Part shown: positions 25,077 through 34,955 of the stretch, piece by piece | How positions within the stretch are numbered: position 1 is the stretch's first letter | Layout of the letters: each line of letters begins with the position of its first letter | Origin: a virus | Taxonomy: Duplodnaviria > Caudoviricetes | Length of the DNA: 38,391 nt | Strand: one strand, 5' to 3' | IMG/VR virus record: IMGVR_UViG_3300031732_000074 | Location: 1 to 38,391 of that record | Program-made: the position numbers and the translations under genes | Notes under the pieces: generated by a model | Database searches by the model: none | Told to the model about the DNA's origin: nothing | Seen by the model: only the letters and a program-made list of their open reading frames with translations

Positions 25077-26069
25077 TCAGACGAACAGGAACGCGACCGT
25101 CGAGTAAAGGGGTATTTCGTTCGGAGACGCGGGTTTCGTAAACGGCGAGAACGTCGTCGCGTACACCATACGCCCCTGATTGTCGAAGACCCCGAGTTCG
25201 GAGAGAGTCACGGGGAGGGACCCGGACGGTTCCTCGGGCGGGATAACGGACTCCGTATCTAAGGTTTCGAGGCCGGCGGTCCGACGCATGCCCTGCCGGT
25301 AGACCTCGTTCGAGAGAGAGGAGTCGGACTTAGAAAACGTCGTCGTGCCGGTCCCCCATGCGTAGTCCTGTAGCCCGACGGTCGTGTTCTCCGACCGGAT
25401 AGCGTCCGCGACCGCCGCCTCTCCATCATCGGTAACGACGGCCGTTCCGGTCCCCTCGCCTTCGACTGTCAGAACGACGGACACGCGGACCTCCTGTTCG
25501 AGGGAGGGGTTAATATCGGTCGTCGTCGCCCGCCCGAGGAGGTCCCCCGAGAGGTCGAATATGCCGAACTCCGTTACGGTCCCGTCGTGGGTGGCGAACC
25601 CGAAAAGGCCCTGTTTCTCAACGACGTTCCCGCCGCCGCGTTCCCATGCGGAGTCGGTCCGCGTCGTCTCGTCGTCGAGAGAGGTGTCCGAGGACCCGGC
25701 GGGAGAGGACCCCCGCCCTATCGCTATCTCTCCGACGGTGGCGGACTGTCCGCGGAGGAGGTCCCGGACGGTGTTCCGTCCGAGACGGGTCCATGTCTCG
25801 GATTCCGTGGAGGAGGCGACGAGGTTCCACCCGCCGCGAACGTCGCCCGCGACGCCGTTCCCGGACCCGTGTTCGGACCCGTTCGGGTGGCCCGAGTAGA
25901 GGCCGTCGTTCAACTCCCGAACGTATACCTCTACGCCGACCTCGACGACAAAGAGGTTCCGGGCGAAGGATAGTTCGCCACGGCCGCGGTCCCCGACTTC
26001 GATAAAGTTGCCCTCTATCCGCCGGGAGGACTGTCGGTTCTCCGCGACGAGGGACTGTATATCGGTCAT
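25077..26069 (-). CDS. minor tail protein with two repeated fibre-attachment-like domains
   Basis: T..G.......IAIG.G.....DTSL..E...TEFGIFD..G.L pattern occurs twice. Confidence 0.75.
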   Translation of the reverse strand: MTDIQSLVAENRQSSRRIEGNFIEVGDRGRGELSFARNLFVVEVGVEVYVRELNDGLYSGHPNGSEHGSGNGVAGDVRGGWNLVASSTESETWTRLGRNTVRDLLRGQSATVGEIAIGRGSSPAGSSDTSLDDETTRTDSAWERGGGNVVEKQGLFGFATHDGTVTEFGIFDLSGDLLGRATTTDINPSLEQEVRVSVVLTVEGEGTGTAVVTDDGEAAVADAIRSENTTVGLQDYAWGTGTTTFSKSDSSLSNEVYRQGMRRTAGLETLDTESVIPPEEPSGSLPVTLSELGVFDNQGRMVYATTFSPFTKPASPNEIPLYSTVAFLFV

Positions 26070-26072
26070 GGG

Positions 26073-26873
26073 CTACAGTCCCGAGTAGATAATCGTAAAG
26101 GTGACTTTCGGAGAGGCGTTCAGTTGGGCGGCGTGTTCCCCGACCTCGGTTGAGAAATACGAAAAGGTGAACGTTCGCGTAGACCCCGGGCCGATTTTCG
26201 TAAAGTCGCCTTCCTTCACCACTTCGCCGTCTACCTGTAGGGTGGGGAGGAACGGTTCCCGATACGAGGAGTTGTTCGTGAGGTCGCCCGAGACGGTTAT
26301 CGTTTCTCCGACTCTCGGCGTCGTCGGGGAGACGGAGACGTTCGACCACTCGAACAGTTTCGTGGACCCGCCCGACGGTTCCTCCTCGTCCTGTGCGACC
26401 GCGCCCGTCTGTGCCGTCTGTATCCGGTTCCCGAACAGTTCGAGAGTGCCGGCGGGAACGTCTAACCCGTCTCTCGTCACGCCGGGTTCGGAGTGAAACC
26501 GGATACCCATAGCCGCCTTTTCGCCGTCGGTCGTGGACTCCGAGGCGATAGTTTCCCCCCACGAAAACGTGTTTATCCACTCGGCGTAGTCGGCGTAGCC
26601 CTGAATCGCCGCGTCGAAGTCCGAGTAGGAGGCGTATTTCTGTTCGAGGCGTTTCCTGAACAGTTCCGCCTCGGTCGCGTCTACGCCTATCTCGTTCACT
26701 AAGTAGTCCTCGAACGACGAGAACGACGAGAACGAACCTACGTCGGTCTGGAACTCGGACCACGTTTTCGCGTCGGCTATCGCCGCGAACAGGTCCGAAT
26801 AGGGGTTTGCCTGTGCCGACGCCGCCTTTATCCCGAGGGCTTTCAGTTTCTCCGCCTGTTTGAGTTCGGACAT
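26073..26873 (-). CDS. minor tail protein with C-terminal CARDB/Ig-like domain
   Basis: SVSPTTPRVGETITVSGDLTN...LQVDGEVV...IGPGSTRTFTFSY...GEH. Confidence 0.75.
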   Translation of the reverse strand: MSELKQAEKLKALGIKAASAQANPYSDLFAAIADAKTWSEFQTDVGSFSSFSSFEDYLVNEIGVDATEAELFRKRLEQKYASYSDFDAAIQGYADYAEWINTFSWGETIASESTTDGEKAAMGIRFHSEPGVTRDGLDVPAGTLELFGNRIQTAQTGAVAQDEEEPSGGSTKLFEWSNVSVSPTTPRVGETITVSGDLTNNSSYREPFLPTLQVDGEVVKEGDFTKIGPGSTRTFTFSYFSTEVGEHAAQLNASPKVTFTIIYSGL

Positions 26874-26881
26874 ACGCTACG

Positions 26882-28318
26882 TTATCCCTCCGACCCCGTG
26901 AACGAGAGTGTTACCCGTCCCGTGCCGTCGGCGTCCTTCGAGGAGATTATGAACGACCCGTCCACGTCCTCGGGCGGCCACGTCACGTCTATGGACTGTC
27001 CGACCCGGGCGTCCCGGTAGGCGCGGTCCGCGACGGTGAACTCGAACGCCGAGTCGTCCCATGCGTTCTCCGAGAGGAACCCCTTCCCGAAGGCTAACAG
27101 GTCCTCTCGCGTCTGTATGGACTTATCTACGAGGGGCTTTTCCCGCGGCGAGACGCCGTAGAACTGTATGGACGCCGGACTCTCGACCTGCGCCTGTAGG
27201 TCGCCGTCGCCCTGAACCGTTACCTTATTGATAATCCCTGTCGCGTCCCGGTCGAACGACGCGTCTACCACCCGGGTTGAGGCGTAGTCTATGGACACGG
27301 GCGCGTTCTCGTCGCCCGCTGGTTCGTAGTGGAGGTCGTCGTTCTCGTCTATGAACGACACCGCGCCGTCCTCGACGGATAACTGTTCTATGAGTTCGAG
27401 GATAGTCGAGTCGAACCGACGGGTGACGGTCCGGTCGGAGTCCTGAACGGTCCCAGCGGGGGCGTCCACGGGACTCCCGCGGTTCTGTAGGTCGAACGGT
27501 CGGGTCCGGGCGTAGTCTATGACCGCGGCGCGGGGTTCCGGGATGTTCCCTCGTATGTCTATCCGAAACTGTAGGGTTCCGTCGGCGGTGAGTTCCGCGT
27601 CGTCGGTCGTCGCGTCCTCCGTCCGGTAACGGACCGTCTGAAAGTTCGCCCCTTCGGGGGTTTCGAGGTCCCATACGTAATTATGCCCGCCGTGGTCGCG
27701 GAGTTCGAGTTCGCCCTGAAAGTAGCCCCCGGCGTTGTTGAACAGATAGCGGGTTTCCAGCCACAGGAGGCGGCGGTCGGGGGCGGCGTTCGTCGGAACC
27801 GCGTCGTAGGTAAGCGTGAAGGTCCCCGAACTCTCCTCTCGCCAATACAGGAATACGAGGTCCGACCCCCTCTCGTAGAGGCGTTGTGAGGGGATGTTCG
27901 CCAACTCGAATATGTCCGCGTCCGCCGAGAGGTCGTTCAGGTTCGACCCGTTGAACAGCGTCACGGGATTCCGCGGTTCCGTCCTCTCGGATACCGCTTC
28001 CCGGATAATCGCCCCGGTGTCCTGATTGTAAAACGGCCGATGGACCTCCTCGTACTGTAGGGCGACCCGTTTGTCTAACGCCTCGAACTCGACGGTTAGC
28101 CCGGACTGTGTGGAGGGTTTCTTTTCGAGGACGCCGACGAACTCCTCGGACCCGTCTCGGGAGACGACGACCTCCTCGCCGTAGTTGAACGTCCGGTTGC
28201 CCGCGGTGTTGGCGGCCGTGACCTGTGCGGTCCCGATAGCCTCCTCGTCTTTCTGTCCGTAGTCTACGTCTATCACCCGGTCCACGTTCGACCCGCCGAT
28301 AGTGACACTCACCGTCAT
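26882..28318 (-). CDS. baseplate hub / Tal-like tail tip protein
   Basis: Follows TMP and Dit; FIDENDDLHY, IINKVTVQG, SIQFYG motifs. Confidence 0.7.
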   Translation of the reverse strand: MTVSVTIGGSNVDRVIDVDYGQKDEEAIGTAQVTAANTAGNRTFNYGEEVVVSRDGSEEFVGVLEKKPSTQSGLTVEFEALDKRVALQYEEVHRPFYNQDTGAIIREAVSERTEPRNPVTLFNGSNLNDLSADADIFELANIPSQRLYERGSDLVFLYWREESSGTFTLTYDAVPTNAAPDRRLLWLETRYLFNNAGGYFQGELELRDHGGHNYVWDLETPEGANFQTVRYRTEDATTDDAELTADGTLQFRIDIRGNIPEPRAAVIDYARTRPFDLQNRGSPVDAPAGTVQDSDRTVTRRFDSTILELIEQLSVEDGAVSFIDENDDLHYEPAGDENAPVSIDYASTRVVDASFDRDATGIINKVTVQGDGDLQAQVESPASIQFYGVSPREKPLVDKSIQTREDLLAFGKGFLSENAWDDSAFEFTVADRAYRDARVGQSIDVTWPPEDVDGSFIISSKDADGTGRVTLSFTGSEG

Positions 28319-28322
28319 GGGG

Positions 28323-28781
28323 CTAACTAATGAACGCGTCGAGGTAGGTCCATTCTATCTCGAACTCGAAGGACCCCGCCCCGAGGTCGGCGGCGGTCGC
28401 GTCCTCGGTCACGTTCACCTCGGTGAGGACGCCCTGAATAGCGGGCCGCGGCCCGAGAATCAGGTCGTCGAACCCGTCGGTCGTGTCGAACCCCCACTCT
28501 TTCCCGGCGCGGCGTAGTTCGGACTCGAACCCGAGGTCGTGGTCCGCGTAGACCCCGCTATTCGGGTAGTGGTCCGCGGGCATGTCCTTCACTATCCCCG
28601 TGACGACGATTGTCTCGGCGTTCAGGACGAGTTTCCCCCCGATTACCTCCCGGAGGGCGGAGATAACCGAGTCTTTGACGAGGCCGTTCGACTGTGTGTA
28701 GTCCCACGTCTCGGCTTTGAACTCGAACGTCTCGGAGGCGTCGTTCCGAATTATCTTCACCGGGTCCGTGAGGTCCGTCAT
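28323..28781 (-). CDS. distal tail (Dit-like) protein
   Basis: 152 aa beta-rich ORF directly after TMP; assigned by synteny. Confidence 0.6.
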   Translation of the reverse strand: MTDLTDPVKIIRNDASETFEFKAETWDYTQSNGLVKDSVISALREVIGGKLVLNAETIVVTGIVKDMPADHYPNSGVYADHDLGFESELRRAGKEWGFDTTDGFDDLILGPRPAIQGVLTEVNVTEDATAADLGAGSFEFEIEWTYLDAFIS

Positions 28782-30134
28782 TTATCTCGACCCCGTGCGG
28801 GTCGTCGTATCCGACCCGAGTTCGTTCCCTATCAGTTTCGCTAACCGCCGCTGTTCGCCCCGGGACAGGTCCTCGATATTCAGACTTTGGTCGCCTATCT
28901 CGACGTTGATGTTCTGTTCCTGTGGCCCGCCCGAGGACTCACCGCCCGGGGCGCGGCCCGGCCCCATGCCGCGGCGACGACGGCGGGTTCCCCGTTGGGC
29001 CGCCCCACCCTCGCCCGGAAGGGCCGCCCGCCGTCCGAGTCCGGTCCGCGTCCGTCGGTCCCCGCCGGTAGTGTCCGGCGCGAACTGTTCTAACTGTCGT
29101 CGCGTCTCCTCCGCGACGGAGGCTAAGTTCTCCCGGCCCTGTCGCCGGACGCGGGCTATCCGGGAGTCTAAAGACTCGTTCTGTATGGTCGAGAGGCGTC
29201 CCGTCTGTCTGCCCTCCGTCGCGGCGAACTGAAAGTCGTCCCCGACGGGTTCTATGTCTACTTTCGGTATCTTGTTCACCTTTGCGATAAGGGAGTTCAG
29301 GGGGCCGACGGCCTCCTGAACGGCGGAGTTCAGTCCCCCTACGATACCGTCTCGGACTTTCTCCGTCCACGTATTGATAAATTCGAGGAGGCCGTTCAGT
29401 CCCGCCCGCCAACTGTAATCCATAGCCTCGACGGTCGCGCGAAAGCCCGTCTTTACGGACTGTCCGAACGCGGCGAACCCGAGTTTCACCCGCGCCGCCC
29501 ACCGCGCCGCCGCCTTCGCCCACTCGGTAGACGTGTTTATGAACATGTTTTTCGCGCCCTCGAAGTCCCCGGTAAGGGCGAGGAACGCCGCCCCGAGGAA
29601 CCCGACCAACGGGCCGCCTATCAGGTAGGCCATGTCCGCGAACGCGCCGGACATGGTGGTCGTCTCCGCCTCGACGACCGGCGTAACGTCCGTGAGTCCG
29701 AGGAGTTCCGCCCCGAGGAGGCCGACGGCGACGACCGTTAAGAACAGTCCGGCGGCGAGTCCTGCCGGCCCCGCGAGAAGCGCGTAGGTCGTCGTGATAG
29801 CCGTGTTCAGGAGAGTGGTCGCGCCCGTCGCCACCGTGACCGCCCCGGAGTAGACGGTCGCGGCGGCGGAGGCTATCCCGAAGTTCGAGGACAGGAACGT
29901 GAGGGCCGACGAGAGGAGTCCGGTGTCGGCGTTAAGGCGTTCGGTCCACCGTTCGTTTTCCTGTGTCGCCTCCGTATTTTCCTGTGTCGCGTCGGTCGCC
30001 TCCTCCTGTGCGGCGGCGGTCCCGAGAAACGACCCGGCTACGTCGTCGAACGAGTCCTGTAGGCCCTCGCCCTGTTCCTGTGCCTCTCCGACCCCACGAA
30101 CTTCGGCCTCGTAATACACGTCCCCGAGTTTCAT
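28782..30134 (-). CDS. tape measure protein (short, 450 aa)
   Basis: Follows the frameshifted chaperone; LGDVYYE N-terminus; Ala/Gly-rich helices and hydrophobic stretches. Confidence 0.8.
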   Translation of the reverse strand: MKLGDVYYEAEVRGVGEAQEQGEGLQDSFDDVAGSFLGTAAAQEEATDATQENTEATQENERWTERLNADTGLLSSALTFLSSNFGIASAAATVYSGAVTVATGATTLLNTAITTTYALLAGPAGLAAGLFLTVVAVGLLGAELLGLTDVTPVVEAETTTMSGAFADMAYLIGGPLVGFLGAAFLALTGDFEGAKNMFINTSTEWAKAAARWAARVKLGFAAFGQSVKTGFRATVEAMDYSWRAGLNGLLEFINTWTEKVRDGIVGGLNSAVQEAVGPLNSLIAKVNKIPKVDIEPVGDDFQFAATEGRQTGRLSTIQNESLDSRIARVRRQGRENLASVAEETRRQLEQFAPDTTGGDRRTRTGLGRRAALPGEGGAAQRGTRRRRRGMGPGRAPGGESSGGPQEQNINVEIGDQSLNIEDLSRGEQRRLAKLIGNELGSDTTTRTGSR

Positions 30135-30137
30135 GGG

Positions 30138-31096
30138 TTAGGAACCGCCTCGCTTCCGTTTGGCCTTCCGGCGGGCCTTCTCACGTTCCTCTTTTTTGAG
30201 TTCCTGAATCACGTTGGACATAGTAAGCCTCCGGTAGACCTCTCGTTCTGTCATACCGGGGCGGCGTACTTTATGAGTCTTCCTTACGGGTTCAGGGTCG
30301 GGGAGTTCGCCTATCGCATACAGGGCGACCCCGAGGGCGAGGGAGAGGTAGACGGGCGTGAATAGCCCCGTCTCAACGGTGAGGAGGAGTCCGAGGCCGA
30401 TACTACAGGCGATAGCAACGCGGACGCTACCCGGCGTCACGCGCCCGAGAGACGCCGCTATATCTGTCCGTTCCTGTGTCGTCTCGAACGCGACCTCGTA
30501 GCCGCGGAGAGTGTCGAGGTCGTAGCCGTCCGAGACGAGGTAGTGTTCGACCGCCTCCCGCTGGAAGACTATCTCGTCGGGAGACTCGGGTTCCGCGCCC
30601 CGGACGGCGCGTTCTACTTTCCCTCCTCACCCCCGGCTTTCGACTGTAGCCACGCCCGGAACGCCTCTACGTCCGCGTCGGCGTCGCCGTCGGTCGCCAC
30701 GAACTCGTCTACGAGGTTCAGGGCGGCGTCCGCCTGTGCGTCGCGGCCGGCGTCGCCCTGTGGTTCGGGGACGAACTCCTCTAACTTTTCGAGAAGGCCC
30801 GAGGAGACGCCCGTTAGCCACGTCTCTAAGCGGTCCTCCGCCCCGAAACTCGTCTCCTGTATCTGGAACGTCAGCATGGTCTTGTAATAGTCCACGGTGG
30901 AGAACCCCGTCTCGGAGAGGGCGTCCTCAACGGCTTCGGACTTTTTCGCCCACGGGACCTCCTCTTTCGGCAGGAGAATGAACCCGAAGGACTTCCCGCT
31001 ATGCGTTATCCACTCCTCGACGGTCGCGCTTGTGTCGGCTAACGACTCCTCGAACGTCCCTGTCTCCGCGTTCTCGGGCGTCTTCTCGAACGACAT
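30138..31096 (-). CDS. tail assembly chaperone, long (G-T type) form via -1 frameshift
   Basis: G GGA AAG at 30617-30623 right before TAG; the -1 frame is open to 30138 (KVERAVRGAEPESPDEIVFQREAVEHYL...). Confidence 0.85.
30614..31096 (-). CDS. tail assembly chaperone, short form
   Basis: Lies between tail tube and TMP; ends in the slippery heptamer. Confidence 0.85.
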   Translation of the reverse strand: MSFEKTPENAETGTFEESLADTSATVEEWITHSGKSFGFILLPKEEVPWAKKSEAVEDALSETGFSTVDYYKTMLTFQIQETSFGAEDRLETWLTGVSSGLLEKLEEFVPEPQGDAGRDAQADAALNLVDEFVATDGDADADVEAFRAWLQSKAGGEEGK

Positions 31097-31164
31097 GATA
31101 GTAGTAGCCCCACGCTAACACGAATAAGTTTCCGGTCGGACGGTCGGACGGGTAACGAGGTCGC

Positions 31165-32160
31165 TTAGAACCCGTCGTATCGGGACCCGCCCGACCCCGT
31201 ATCCTCGACCGTCACCGTCACCGACTCGGGAATCATGGACGCCTCGACCGACACGGCCTCGTCGTCGCCGCGGGGCGTGTCGTGGGGGACCTCCTCTAAG
31301 TTCGTCGCGGTCGCGTCTATCACTAACCTGTCGCCGGAGGGTTTGGTGAACGCGATATTGACGGCGACCCCGCCGGCCGTCGAGGAGAGGAGTTCGTCGT
31401 AGAGGGTACTGTCGTCCACGGTCACGGTCGCGGCTAACTCGTAGTCTATGTTCCCGTATAGAATCTCGAACGGGAAGTTTCCGGTTGCGGAGTTGACGTA
31501 GAACCGGGACTCGGACCCGTTATCTATTGAGAGGGTGAAGTCCTCTAACCGGGCGAACGAGGTTCCCGCGAACGAGAAGTCCGAACTAATATCCGAGAAC
31601 AGCCACGGGTCGCGGTCCGGGATAGAGATAGGTCCGGTCGGACTCGTCCCCGTACCCACGTCCAACGCCTCCGTTTCGAGAGTCACCTGTAGCCGGGAAT
31701 CGTTGTCTACCGACAGTTCCCCCGACATGACGGCGACTCCGGCGAACGTCCGAACAAAGTCGTCGCCGCCGCCGCGCCCGTATTGGGTCGCTTCGACGGT
31801 CGCCGTCGGCGGGATACCGTCCATTTTCGGCCCGAAAACGTGGGTGTCCGTTCCCGTTGAGGGGGAGTCGGCGGTGAACGAGTCGTAGGCCCCGAGGAGG
31901 AGGGCGATAGGGTAGCCGTCGTAGGGAAGGATAGGGTAGTCGCCGCCGTCGAGAACGACCTGTCCCTCGGATTTGCCCGAGAGTTCCCGGTCGCCGCCGA
32001 TAAGCCTCTCCTCGTACCAGTTTACCGTCGGGTCCGGGTGGGATGTTTCCTCGACGAGTTTCCCGAGGTGTCTCGACGGCGCGACCGTCGTCCCCTGTTC
32101 GGACTCCGTTCCAGCGACTATTTGGGAGTCATGTCCTTTGTAGGGGTCATTCCCGGGCAT
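31165..32160 (-). CDS. major tail tube protein
   Basis: GTESEQGT N-terminus, HVFGP, FTLSIDNG; beta-rich; precedes the chaperone and TMP genes. Confidence 0.85.
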   Translation of the reverse strand: MPGNDPYKGHDSQIVAGTESEQGTTVAPSRHLGKLVEETSHPDPTVNWYEERLIGGDRELSGKSEGQVVLDGGDYPILPYDGYPIALLLGAYDSFTADSPSTGTDTHVFGPKMDGIPPTATVEATQYGRGGGDDFVRTFAGVAVMSGELSVDNDSRLQVTLETEALDVGTGTSPTGPISIPDRDPWLFSDISSDFSFAGTSFARLEDFTLSIDNGSESRFYVNSATGNFPFEILYGNIDYELAATVTVDDSTLYDELLSSTAGGVAVNIAFTKPSGDRLVIDATATNLEEVPHDTPRGDDEAVSVEASMIPESVTVTVEDTGSGGSRYDGF

Positions 32161-32245
32161 GTCTGTATCTTACTCCGAGGAGTGTCCGGCGTCGTCTTTA
32201 AGGTTCGTTATCCGTTGGTTCCGTCGCCGGTTCCGAACAGGACGG

Positions 32246-32674
32246 CTACTCGTCGGGATTGTAGTCCCGGGCGGCGTTCCGCACCTTCTCAACGACCCAC
32301 GCGAAGGGGTTCGACCCGTAGAACTTCATGAGGGCTAACGCGTAGAGGACGACTAACGCCCCGCCGATTACATACGCCGCCGGGACGACGAGGCGATTGA
32401 ACACCGTCTCCGCCGGTATCTCGCCGGACACCGTGTAGTCGAGTCGAACCGCCCCCGACAGGGCGAGGTAGGCCGTCGCCGCGACGACGCCGACCGGGAG
32501 AATGAGGAGAACTATGCGGTTGACCGCCTCGTCCCACGGCCCCGCGTGGTCGCGTATCCGCGGGACGTTCTCGCCGTCCTCGGACGCCTCCTCGTCGTTC
32601 TCGCCGTCGTGAAAGGAAACGTTCGTATCCTCCTCCGCGTCGCCTGTGCGGTCGTTCTCGTCGTCTGTGGACAT
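32246..32674 (-). CDS. membrane protein with 2 predicted TM helices inside the neck/tail module
   Basis: Two long hydrophobic segments and an acidic N-terminus. Confidence 0.75.
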   Translation of the reverse strand: MSTDDENDRTGDAEEDTNVSFHDGENDEEASEDGENVPRIRDHAGPWDEAVNRIVLLILPVGVVAATAYLALSGAVRLDYTVSGEIPAETVFNRLVVPAAYVIGGALVVLYALALMKFYGSNPFAWVVEKVRNAARDYNPDE

Positions 32675-32715
32675 GTCTCGACTAATGCCTGTAAGCCCGA
32701 CCTAAAAGGGGTTCC

Positions 32716-33180
32716 TTACGGAGTCCTCGCCTCGGACTCGAACCGTACCGTGCCATTCAAAACGTGGTAGTTGAATATCTCCTCGTCCGGCGCGGTGACG
32801 GAGAACGTGACTGTATCCCACCCGCCGATTGTTAGCCCGTTCAGGTCCGCCTCCCGACGGTCCCGGACCGCCTCCGCTATGTCCTCTAACTCCCCGTAGA
32901 CCGCCTCCCGACGCCCCCGGCCCTGTGTGGTGGCGAACTCGAAGGACGCCTGATTACTGTCGTTCCGAACGTTCCGCCCGGCGGTCCACTCGGGTTCTCT
33001 CGTCCCCGTCTCCGCTATCAGGATATACTCCGAGACGGACGCCGAGACGCCTTTCTGTGGGTTGCCGTCCTCGTCCTCCGTCTGTAGCCGGATAGTCTCG
33101 GGTTTCGGGACGCCCCACGTCCACTCCACGTTAAAGAGATTCAGTAGGACCTCCGCGACGTTGTGGTCCGGGCGAGTCAT
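32716..33180 (-). CDS. putative tail terminator
   Basis: Size and position between neck genes and tail tube. Confidence 0.55.
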   Translation of the reverse strand: MTRPDHNVAEVLLNLFNVEWTWGVPKPETIRLQTEDEDGNPQKGVSASVSEYILIAETGTREPEWTAGRNVRNDSNQASFEFATTQGRGRREAVYGELEDIAEAVRDRREADLNGLTIGGWDTVTFSVTAPDEEIFNYHVLNGTVRFESEARTP

Positions 33181-33737
33181 GCACTCCCCCCGTCGTTCTC
33201 GAACTGGTTAGACCCATCTATCTCCTCAACCTCAACGAACCCGGACTGTAGGAGGTTCCCGGTGTCGGTCGCTTCCTCGGCTATTATGTCCTGTGAGATA
33301 CCGAACGCGGCGTCGAGGAGGTCCCGGAGTATCTTGAACGGCGCGTGGGGGTCGTCGGAGTTCTCGTAGGGCGCGGCGAACGCCTCCGCCTGTCGTTCGA
33401 CCTCTCCGACGGCCCGTTCCATGAAGTAAACGCCGGCCGTTCCGTTCTCGGCTATCGCGTTCACGACGACCCACGCCACGGCGTCCTTGTGGTCCTCGGT
33501 CGAGAGGTCGCCGTCCTCGGGTAACGCCGCCGCTTTCAGTCCCGGGTTGAGGTCGTTCCACTTCCGGTGAACCCACTTACGGATAGGGCCGAACGGTGGC
33601 CTCGTCCCGCTGTAGGAGGTCGGGTAGTTCACGTATTTGGCGTAGTCCACGGTGTAGCCGAACCGCCCGGTAACGTTGAGTCCGCGAAGGACTTCCTCGA
33701 ACTCCGTGTCGTCGTAGTTCGCCTCTACGTCCGGCAT
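33177..33737 (-). CDS. HK97 gp10-like neck/tail completion protein
   Basis: YAKYVNY, RPPFGPIRKW, IAENGT...YFMERA, DTGNLLQS motifs. Confidence 0.7.
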   Translation of the reverse strand: MPDVEANYDDTEFEEVLRGLNVTGRFGYTVDYAKYVNYPTSYSGTRPPFGPIRKWVHRKWNDLNPGLKAAALPEDGDLSTEDHKDAVAWVVVNAIAENGTAGVYFMERAVGEVERQAEAFAAPYENSDDPHAPFKILRDLLDAAFGISQDIIAEEATDTGNLLQSGFVEVEEIDGSNQFENDGGSA

Positions 33738-33738
33738 G

Positions 33739-34605
33739 TTAGGCCCCCGGGTGTCGCCTGTGTTCCTGTATCTCGTCCATCGCCTCCGAACGGAGGGCCG
33801 TCGCCGCCTCGTCCGGGGACTCCTCCTCGCCGGTCGCCGGGAGGAGGTTCCCGTATTGGTCCGTCTGGAACAGGTCCGCGGCGACGAGTTTCGCCACGGC
33901 GCGGCGAACGTCCTCGGGCGTCTCCTGTGTCCGGGCGTAGTCGGTCGCTTCGGCGTCGTCGTTGGCCGTCTCGTCGTAGCCGGCCGCGGCGGTGGCCTCG
34001 TCGGTCCCGTATCGGTAGGTCGCCCGGACGGTGGCGTTCTCGGAGACGAGACGACCGTAGGCGGACACGCCTGTCACGGTCACGGCCGACAGGTCGAGTT
34101 TCAGACGCCCACGGGACGCCTGTAGGTAGTAGGCCCCCGACTCTAACCCGGCGTCGTCGGTCACGTCCTCCCGGGTCCGGCCGGCGACGACCTCAACGAG
34201 GTCCCCGGCGGCGGCGTTGAGGCCGTCTTTCGCGTCGGTTCGGACGTTCAGGTGGGGGAACTGAACGTCCGCGAACGGTTCGGGTTGCCGCGTCGGGTCG
34301 CGCAACTGTCGCCGCCCGCTTCCCGAGGCGGTCCGCGCCCGTCGCCTGTGTCGCGGGTGTTTCTGTGTATGCGAGAGTTTTATGTCGAGGGTTTGGTCCT
34401 CAACTTTCCGGGTCCGCCACGCCCGGTTTGTCCGGTTATCAACGAACTCGGACCTGTCGAGGAGGAGGCTATGAACTTCCTCGACCGCCGGGTCGCCGCC
34501 GTTCGCTTCCGTGTCGAAGGCGTCCCGGTTTCGGACGTAGGTAAGCACGTCCCGGGGGGCGGCGTAGGGAACCTCGTCTACGAGGAGGGTCCGTATAGCG
34601 GTCAT
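33739..34605 (-). CDS. head-tail adaptor protein
   Basis: YAAPRDV...VDNRTNRAW...VRATYRYG...PEDVRRAVAKLVA pattern. Confidence 0.75.
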   Translation of the reverse strand: MTAIRTLLVDEVPYAAPRDVLTYVRNRDAFDTEANGGDPAVEEVHSLLLDRSEFVDNRTNRAWRTRKVEDQTLDIKLSHTQKHPRHRRRARTASGSGRRQLRDPTRQPEPFADVQFPHLNVRTDAKDGLNAAAGDLVEVVAGRTREDVTDDAGLESGAYYLQASRGRLKLDLSAVTVTGVSAYGRLVSENATVRATYRYGTDEATAAAGYDETANDDAEATDYARTQETPEDVRRAVAKLVAADLFQTDQYGNLLPATGEEESPDEAATALRSEAMDEIQEHRRHPGA

Positions 34606-34674
34606 TACAGACGAGGTTTCGCGGTGGCTACTTATGGATTCGTTCCGCGTCCAAAGAAACCGAGAGGGAGGCCG

Positions 34675-34953
34675 TTAGTCGTCTCCGAAGGCGACGACCT
34701 CAACCGACACCGAGGAGTCCGCGGTCGCGCCGCCGACGGCGACGGTCGCCTGCGAGTTGCCTTTCGAGGTGACGGCGGTCGTACACACCTCGTCCGGTTC
34801 GACGAACGCCCGGACGTTGCCCTCGAACTGTCGGTCCCAACTAACCGTTGTGGACCCGTCGCCGTTGGCGTCCGTTGAGACGGAGGCGGTGTGGACCTCC
34901 GCCCGCTGGTCGAGGTTCGGAATCCCCGTCGCGGAGTTCACAGCGTCCGGCAT
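34675..34953 (-). CDS. 92 aa beta-rich protein, putative capsid decoration protein
   Basis: MPDAVNSATG...TVSWDRQF...VEVVAFGDD; starts 2 nt after the MCP stop. Confidence 0.7.
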   Translation of the reverse strand: MPDAVNSATGIPNLDQRAEVHTASVSTDANGDGSTTVSWDRQFEGNVRAFVEPDEVCTTAVTSKGNSQATVAVGGATADSSVSVEVVAFGDD

Positions 34954-34955
34954 GG

